This document shows, in pieces, positions 18,445 to 24,000 of a stretch of DNA of 24,000 nucleotides. The DNA comes from Candidatus Geothermarchaeota archaeon (lineage in GTDB: Archaea; Thermoproteota; Nitrososphaeria; Geothermarchaeales; JDFR-13), in the NCBI GenBank assembly GCA_015523545.1, contig WAKB01000011.1, positions 29,732 through 53,731 on the forward strand, written 5' to 3'. Positions within the stretch are counted from its first letter, which is position 1. Each line of letters opens with the position of its first letter. A program made the position numbers and the translations under genes. Under the pieces are notes generated by a model. It ran no database searches. It worked only from the letters and a program-made list of their open reading frames with translations, and was not told the DNA's origin.

Positions 18445-19458
18445 ATGCTAACGGTCGTGGTCGACGGGTTCTTCGGCGATACTGGAAAAGGGAAGATAGT
18501 GTCGTACCTAGCTATCAAAGACTCTCCCACTATAGTTGCAAGGGGCGGTGTAGGGCCTAACGCTGGGCATACCGTGGTGTACCAAGGGAGAGAGTACAAG
18601 TTGAGGCAGATACCTAGTGGATTCGTGAATCCATCGACGAGATTAATGATAGGCGCTGGTGTTCTGGTGTATCCACCTCTACTCTTCGACGAGATTAAAC
18701 TAACTAAGTCTGAGGAAAGGGTCTTCCTGGATCATCAGACGGGGATTATTGAGGATAGGCATATCCAGATGGAGCGCGAATCTTCTCACCTAAAGGGTCT
18801 AGGCTCCACAGCCTCTGGGAGCGGAGCAGCCATGAGTGATAGGGTACTTAGGAAACTAAAGGTGGCTAGGGATATTGAGGAATTGAAGCCCCTTTTAACA
18901 GATGTTGCTGGAGAGGTTAACGAGGCCCTAGATAGGGGTGAAAACGTCGTTTTGGAGGGTACTCAGGGCACTTTCCTCTCCCTGTATCATGGTACATATC
19001 CCTATGTCACGTCTAAAGACGTTACAGCCTCCGCGATATGTTCGGATGTAGGTGTAGGTCCAAAGAAGGTGGACGACGTTGTCCTAGTAGTTAAGTCGTA
19101 TGTCACCAGGGTTGGGGAAGGCCCCCTGGAAGGCGAGATGAGTATGGAGGAGGCTAGAGAGAGGGGGTTCCTAGAAGTAGCTACAGTGACTGGTAGAATT
19201 AGGAGGGCCGCCCCATTCAACTTCAACTATCTGAAGAGGGCCATACTGCTCAACAGCCCTACCCAGATAGCACTGACTAAGCTGGATATACTATTCCCAC
19301 AGGATGCCAACAAGACAAGTTACGAAGAACTATCCCCCGATGCGAAGAGGTTCATCGAGGAGATAGAGAGTGTTGGTAAGATACCTGTAACTATAATATC
19401 CACAGGGCCAGATACCCATGCCACGATAGATCGTAGGAGCGAACTAGGCCTCGTCTAA
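18445..19458 (+). CDS. purA: Adenylosuccinate synthase (short archaeal form)
   Basis: VDGFFGDTGKGKIVSYLA, GGVGPNAGHTV, EGTQGTFLSLYHGTYPYVTS. Confidence 0.95.
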   Translation: MLTVVVDGFFGDTGKGKIVSYLAIKDSPTIVARGGVGPNAGHTVVYQGREYKLRQIPSGFVNPSTRLMIGAGVLVYPPLLFDEIKLTKSEERVFLDHQTGIIEDRHIQMERESSHLKGLGSTASGSGAAMSDRVLRKLKVARDIEELKPLLTDVAGEVNEALDRGENVVLEGTQGTFLSLYHGTYPYVTSKDVTASAICSDVGVGPKKVDDVVLVVKSYVTRVGEGPLEGEMSMEEARERGFLEVATVTGRIRRAAPFNFNYLKRAILLNSPTQIALTKLDILFPQDANKTSYEELSPDAKRFIEEIESVGKIPVTIISTGPDTHATIDRRSELGLV

Positions 19459-21266
19459 AGCCTCTTTACACCTGTCCTCCCAGGCGGCAGCCTATTGACC
19501 AGGTCGTTATACAGAGGCTCTCCATACTCTTTTGGTATTAATCCCTGTGATACATAATGTTCGATTATCTTCTTGGCGGCGTCGCCCCTTCCCAGCCTGC
19601 CTGGATATAGATGGAAATCGGGTTTTCTACCCATGTTTATAATGGCTTCTCTAGTCCCGATAAATATTCTAGGCTCTCCTTCAAGATCTATTAGAGTGGT
19701 GTATAGTGAGATGGTGTGATCCTTAACGTAGTTCTTCTCACCATATATCATGAAACTACCCTTCTTGAGATACTGTCCGCTAGGCGCCTCCTTACTCACC
19801 TGCTCCGGCTTTACATAGTAGACCGGGACGTAGGATAGTCCATGTTTCCAGGCGTTGCTATATGAAGCTGTAATGGTGGCTGCGTCGATCAGTTCCTCAT
19901 CATCCGCCTCCTCTCCTTCCTTTAGAATCGTGAAGGGACTACCATGTATCTCTGCATGGAAGACGAGGTCACCACTGGTCGTGTGTTTCTTCACCAATAC
20001 CTCATTTGTCGTTGCGTCTCTACCCGCTACGATGAGTCTCCCCTTCCTTGTATAGCTCCATATGAACTTTTCGAACCACTTCCTTCTTAGTCTAATCTTC
20101 TTCTCAAGTGTGGGCTCATCCATCTTTTTAGCCTTAGACTCAAGTTCTTCCAGCCTCTTCTCCAGGTTCCTAATACCCTCGTCTATTCTCTTGAGTGTGT
20201 CGTATGCCTGGGATATGCTAGCATATATGTTGAGGTCGTATCTCAGAGGTATCTCAACATCGTCGAGCCGGAGTGTCACGGTCTTCTCCTTCCTATCTAT
20301 CCTACTTACTATGAATGGGCCTATCTCCCCATTGCTATGTTCTCCACCACTTCTTATGGCTGTTAGGACTGTTTCGAGCTGGGGTATGTAGAGGTATATA
20401 TCGTCAAGAGCCTTCTTCATCACTTCTCTCTGCCTATATAGCTGGAGAATTCTGCTCCTTAGCTTTGTGATCTCATTATGGAGTATCTTCTCCTCATCCC
20501 TGCCTAATAGAATGTTGCTAAGTATTTTCTCTGATATCTGCTGTAGCGGTCCCTGGTCCTCCAGATTCCCCACGGTGTAACGAGTCGGTTGTATATATAG
20601 TTTTTCCTTGTAGCGGTAAATGTATATTGTTTCGTCCCCAAAAGAGTCTTCTATAACTGATTGGATCTCTCTAATCTTTTGGAGAATGTCCCTGGGGTTC
20701 CATCTATCCTCGGTGAACCATTCCTCTATCGTCATAGGATCGAGTGGGAGCATTCTGAAGAGTTCTTTCTTACTATACTCTCTATCCTCGGCTAGGAGTC
20801 GGTCCAAATCGATAGTGTGTAGAACGTATTTGAGTCCTCGTTTTACAGCCCTTTTCTTAGCCTCAAATTCTCTGTATGCTGCTAAAATGGTCTTGTCATT
20901 ATCGATGTAGATGAGGTTTCCCCCAGAGAATAATTCGATAATTATGGAGGTTCCGTCGGGGAACGATATTTCCACTACTCTTTCCCATCCTATCTGGCTG
21001 ATCTCGACTGATACGTTCCTATATCGAGAGTTTATGAGCCTGGTGAGATAGTCGTCGCCTAATTCATCGGTTTTGAAGTTGAAGGGTAGGTATAGCTTCT
21101 CGTTGAGATCTATATATATCTCTTTAGTTCCTGCGTCTGTGTGGAGCTTCATTATATAGCCACTCCCGTATGGGGAGAGCCTCTTAAATCTTATTTTCTC
21201 ATACCTTCCAGTGGTTAGGTATAGTATCTTCTTCAAGGCGCCAGTAGTGAGTATGTATTGGCCCAT
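19455..21266 (-). CDS. rqcH: NFACT/NEMF (RqcH/Tae2-like) ribosome quality-control protein
   Basis: FbpA-like N-terminus, coiled-coil middle, NFACT-R region KKHTTSGDLVFHAEIHGSPFTILKEG. The N-terminal 57 aa of the longest ORF lack family character, so start trimmed to 21266. Confidence 0.88.
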   Translation of the reverse strand: MGQYILTTGALKKILYLTTGRYEKIRFKRLSPYGSGYIMKLHTDAGTKEIYIDLNEKLYLPFNFKTDELGDDYLTRLINSRYRNVSVEISQIGWERVVEISFPDGTSIIIELFSGGNLIYIDNDKTILAAYREFEAKKRAVKRGLKYVLHTIDLDRLLAEDREYSKKELFRMLPLDPMTIEEWFTEDRWNPRDILQKIREIQSVIEDSFGDETIYIYRYKEKLYIQPTRYTVGNLEDQGPLQQISEKILSNILLGRDEEKILHNEITKLRSRILQLYRQREVMKKALDDIYLYIPQLETVLTAIRSGGEHSNGEIGPFIVSRIDRKEKTVTLRLDDVEIPLRYDLNIYASISQAYDTLKRIDEGIRNLEKRLEELESKAKKMDEPTLEKKIRLRRKWFEKFIWSYTRKGRLIVAGRDATTNEVLVKKHTTSGDLVFHAEIHGSPFTILKEGEEADDEELIDAATITASYSNAWKHGLSYVPVYYVKPEQVSKEAPSGQYLKKGSFMIYGEKNYVKDHTISLYTTLIDLEGEPRIFIGTREAIINMGRKPDFHLYPGRLGRGDAAKKIIEHYVSQGLIPKEYGEPLYNDLVNRLPPGRTGVKRL

Positions 21267-21327
21267 TCTTCTTCCCCACCCCTTATTTACGTTGGGAGGC
21301 TTGGAAATATTTGATAGTGTGAGAGTT

Positions 21328-21603
21328 ATGGATGCACAGTTAAAGATATATCTCCTCAGAGCATTGTTGGCGGTTTTAGGTGGTCTTATATCCGGCTTGA
21401 TGAAATGGAGCCTCCCTACTCTGGGTTTGGCAATCATTGTAATGGGTATGGTCTATCTCTTCACGATTATGGTTGTTTATCGATACGCTGTCTCTAGAGG
21501 TATCCTAAGTTTGAAAACCATTTTCCTGGAGGGGATAGGTACCTTTATATTACTCTGGCTCTTTGTCTGGGCCGTTGTGTATAACATTCTTGTTATCTAC
21601 TGA
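21328..21603 (+). CDS. Small multi-TM membrane protein (possibly EMC6-like)
   Basis: MDAQLKIYLLRALLAVLGGLISGLMKWSLP...GIGTFILLWLFVWAVVYNILVIY; start chosen at the ATG at 21328 divergent from rqcH. Confidence 0.7.
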   Translation: MDAQLKIYLLRALLAVLGGLISGLMKWSLPTLGLAIIVMGMVYLFTIMVVYRYAVSRGILSLKTIFLEGIGTFILLWLFVWAVVYNILVIY

Positions 21604-21954
21604 CTCGGATTTTCTAATTCTATAAATTAGGTAATCCTTCCATGCTAGGAATATTCCCTTGTCGTAGTCTGGGAGGAATCTGTTATCCCCCATCTTGGAG
21701 ACTATGCGTAGAAGCTTCTTATTAGTCTTGTCGTCGTCTCCGTAGTAAGAGTATCTCCTCCTTTTAGCGTTTACGATATTCATTACTCCGAAGATGTATC
21801 CCTTGAGAACCTTGTTCTTAGTCTTGATGGTAGTTAGAGTATTTAGAAGCTGCTTCTTCTCGTTGGGGTTGTCAAGGATCCTATAGAAGATCTTTTTTGC
21901 ATCCATCAGTGTCATCTTCTTATCCTGTTGCCCACCTTCATCCACGCCTTCCAC
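21550..21954 (-). CDS. Hypothetical basic protein
   Basis: 134-aa ORF, lysine/asparagine-rich; 3' end overlaps the opposite-strand membrane protein gene by 54 nt. Confidence 0.65.
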   Translation of the reverse strand: MEGVDEGGQQDKKMTLMDAKKIFYRILDNPNEKKQLLNTLTTIKTKNKVLKGYIFGVMNIVNAKRRRYSYYGDDDKTNKKLLRIVSKMGDNRFLPDYDKGIFLAWKDYLIYRIRKSESVDNKNVIHNGPDKEPE

Positions 21955-21965
21955 CCGGCGTCCCT

Positions 21966-22604
21966 CTATATATTTATTATTGCAGACTTCCCTATAGACA
22001 TGTTGTATATCCTTATCCTGTTATCGCCCTCTCTCGAGAGGAATATGTGAATATCCATTGATGCCTGCACTACTCTAGGTAGCCTTGGTTTCAGGGTCCT
22101 TGTATTTCCGGGCTGCTGTGAGACTCCAGATGTGACTATTAAGAGACCCTGGTCTCTATAGATGATCTTATTGAGCAGGCTAAGCATGTCGTATATCTCG
22201 CTAATATTGTTGTATCCCGCGTGGTCTAGATCGTCTATAATGATGATACTGTTCTTGCCGGGTGGGAGTGCTAGGATTCTCTCCAGATAAGCGTTTATTG
22301 CCTCGACTCTGTCTATGTGGAGGAATCTTTCTTCTCCTGTGATCGTGGGTAAGGCTCCATGTTTACAAGAGATAACTATGGGGGCAGAGTCTCCAGGAGC
22401 ATTCTCTACCACTCTCAGTGAGATCCTGGTCTTCCATGTGCCAGCTTCTCCATAAAGCATGTATTTGGTGTATGGTTTGAAGCCTCCCTCGAGGACATCA
22501 TCTAGCTGTGGAATGCCTGTGCTTATGGGTATAATATTAGTGAGGTAGTTGTTCACCAGGGTCTTTATATCTAGGAGATATCCCCCTCTCTTTGAACCCT
22601 CCAT
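21966..22604 (-). CDS. RecA/KaiC-superfamily ATPase-like protein with divergent P-loop
   Basis: TGIPQLDDVLEGGFKPYTKYMLYGEAGTWKTRISLRV, Walker B-like SIIIIDDLDHAG. Confidence 0.8.
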   Translation of the reverse strand: MEGSKRGGYLLDIKTLVNNYLTNIIPISTGIPQLDDVLEGGFKPYTKYMLYGEAGTWKTRISLRVVENAPGDSAPIVISCKHGALPTITGEERFLHIDRVEAINAYLERILALPPGKNSIIIIDDLDHAGYNNISEIYDMLSLLNKIIYRDQGLLIVTSGVSQQPGNTRTLKPRLPRVVQASMDIHIFLSREGDNRIRIYNMSIGKSAIINI

Positions 22605-22679
22605 CGCTACCAGTCAATCCAATATATTTTCGATCTTCTCCCTAAAGTGTTAAGTCTCTAATTGAATATTGTTTTTGAA

Positions 22680-23588
22680 ATGCCGCATCTTAGAGAAGTG
22701 TTGACAGAGCTTGTAGATGCTGATCCATGGATATTTGAATTTCTAGATGCAGTCTTCCGATACTCACAGAATTTTGAGAGGGTCCCAGTAAAGCTGCTAT
22801 CCAATGTTTTGAAGACTAAGGAGGAGAGGATAGTTAAGGTGTCTAGGGAGCTTCATGGTCTAGGGCTGGTGGAGTATTTCGGCCAGCCATTCCCTAGTGT
22901 TAGGCTCCAGACTCTTGGCGCTGATGTCTTGGCTCTTCATAAGCTTGCTATGAGGGGGCTGGTAAAGGGGCTGGGTAGACAGATAGGTGTAGGGAAGGAG
23001 TCGGATGTGTATGAAGCCGTCGCTCCTGATAATACGCTCTATTCCCTTAAGATATTCCGGCTGGGTCGTATAAGCTTTAGACAGGTTAGGCGGCTGAGGT
23101 CTTATGGAATCACTAGGATGTGGCGTCCTTGGCTATATAGGAACGTGTCGGCAGCCAAGAAGGAGTATAACATTCTAAAAAAGCTGGCTATCCTGGATCT
23201 ACCTGTTCCTAGACCCGTGTACTCCGTTATGCATGTGGTTATGATGGAGTACCTAGATGGGGTGTTGCTTAAGGACGCTGTTATCCCTCCTGGCGACGCT
23301 GAGGAAGTATATATAGAGATCATAGACTCCATCGCTAGGATCTATGAGGCTGGCTATGTGAACGGTGATTTGAGCGAGTACAATATCTTCGTTTTGAATG
23401 AGGGTGGCATCAAGATTATTGACTGGCCTCAGGCTGTTGAGAAGACGGATCCCTCAGCTAATATTCTTTTGAAACGTGATGTGGTTACGGTCACCAAGTA
23501 TTTCATCAGAAGGTATGGCCTTGACAAGGTTTTTGCGAAGAACGTCTTGGCTGAGAAGGGATTCGCAGAGTTTTCCGCTGAGTTGTGA
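22680..23588 (+). CDS. rio2: RIO2-type serine protein kinase
   Basis: N-terminal wHTH (VPVKLLSNVLKTKEERIVKVSRELHGLGLVEY), GRQIGVGKESDVYEAVAPD, NGDLSEYNIFVLNEGGIKIIDWPQ. Confidence 0.95.
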   Translation: MPHLREVLTELVDADPWIFEFLDAVFRYSQNFERVPVKLLSNVLKTKEERIVKVSRELHGLGLVEYFGQPFPSVRLQTLGADVLALHKLAMRGLVKGLGRQIGVGKESDVYEAVAPDNTLYSLKIFRLGRISFRQVRRLRSYGITRMWRPWLYRNVSAAKKEYNILKKLAILDLPVPRPVYSVMHVVMMEYLDGVLLKDAVIPPGDAEEVYIEIIDSIARIYEAGYVNGDLSEYNIFVLNEGGIKIIDWPQAVEKTDPSANILLKRDVVTVTKYFIRRYGLDKVFAKNVLAEKGFAEFSAEL

Positions 23589-23598
23589 GGTTTAGTGG

Positions 23599-24000
23599 TT
23601 AGAATAGGGTGTACTTGCCCTCCACTATGTCGTTGGTTAGTTTATGGAAGGCTTCACCAGTCATGTTTTCGTCGACGACCCTCTTTATAACGCTCTTTAT
23701 CTCTCTGGTCTTCATCCCTGCTCCTCTCTTTGGGACATAAAGCACGTTTACTATCTGAGGCTCTGTAATCTTTTTCCCTATCGTGCTTAGTATCCTGACG
23801 TATACCTCCTCCACCGTATCCTCTAGCTCCGTATAGATGTCTCTGCTCATCTTCATCGCTAGAACATTATATATCTTTCCTACATGGTTTATCGGGTTTT
23901 TACCTGCTACAGCCTCTAGACTCATGAATCTGTTAGGAGTTATGAGGCCGTTCACCCTGTTTCCCCGTCCAGTGTTCCCATCGTCTCCCATCTCGGCCGA
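23599..24000 (-). CDS. Archaeal-type S-adenosylmethionine synthetase, C-terminal part (truncated by window edge)
   Basis: Reading frame runs open through the window edge: [48 protein letters not shown] is the archaeal MAT signature. Confidence 0.92.
   Translation of the reverse strand, partial: SAEMGDDGNTGRGNRVNGLITPNRFMSLEAVAGKNPINHVGKIYNVLAMKMSRDIYTELEDTVEEVYVRILSTIGKKITEPQIVNVLYVPKRGAGMKTREIKSVIKRVVDENMTGEAFHKLTNDIVEGKYTLF

Noticed and set aside
21211-21327. 39-aa N-terminal extension of the small membrane protein ORF
   Set aside because: Antisense to the rqcH 5' end; the ATG at 21328 leaves a normal divergent promoter gap.
21267-21437. 57-aa N-terminal extension of the NFACT/RqcH ORF
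   Set aside because: Overlaps the opposite membrane gene start and lacks family resemblance; MGQYILTTGALKKI is a better start region.

Overview
Dense, ordinary-looking archaeal core-genome window. It holds a likely chromosomal replication origin next to orc1/cdc6, with the DNA polymerase D small subunit gene convergent to it, and a repair block (full-length Hef helicase-nuclease and a Rad3/XPD-type helicase, divergently oriented). It also carries a glycine/C1 cluster (gcvT-gcvH-glyA), a GPN-loop GTPase, a COG1340-like coiled-coil protein, a DUF373 membrane protein, cis-prenyltransferase, an AIR-synthase-like protein, purA, NFACT/RqcH, a RecA-superfamily ATPase, RIO2 kinase and the C-terminal end of archaeal S-adenosylmethionine synthetase. 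The ORF track does not show three intron-bearing tRNA genes. Manual folding gives tRNA-Ser(CGA), best explained by two introns (14 + 17 nt), tRNA-Leu(CAA), probably also two introns, and tRNA-Gly(CCC), one 23-nt intron, all with encoded CCA. The most interesting non-coding signal is a pair of inverted origin-recognition-box-like elements about 45 bp apart with tandem TGTGAAA repeats between them. PolD together with many tRNA introns suggests a non-crenarchaeal TACK-type lineage (for example Korarchaeota-like), but that is inference. I found no CRISPR array, mobile element or obvious defense island. No clearly new multi-gene system is evident. The best leads are the origin architecture, the tRNA-Leu/tRNA-Ser/polD1 arrangement, tRNA-CDS overlaps, pervasive convergent gene overlaps and a few unassigned small proteins.
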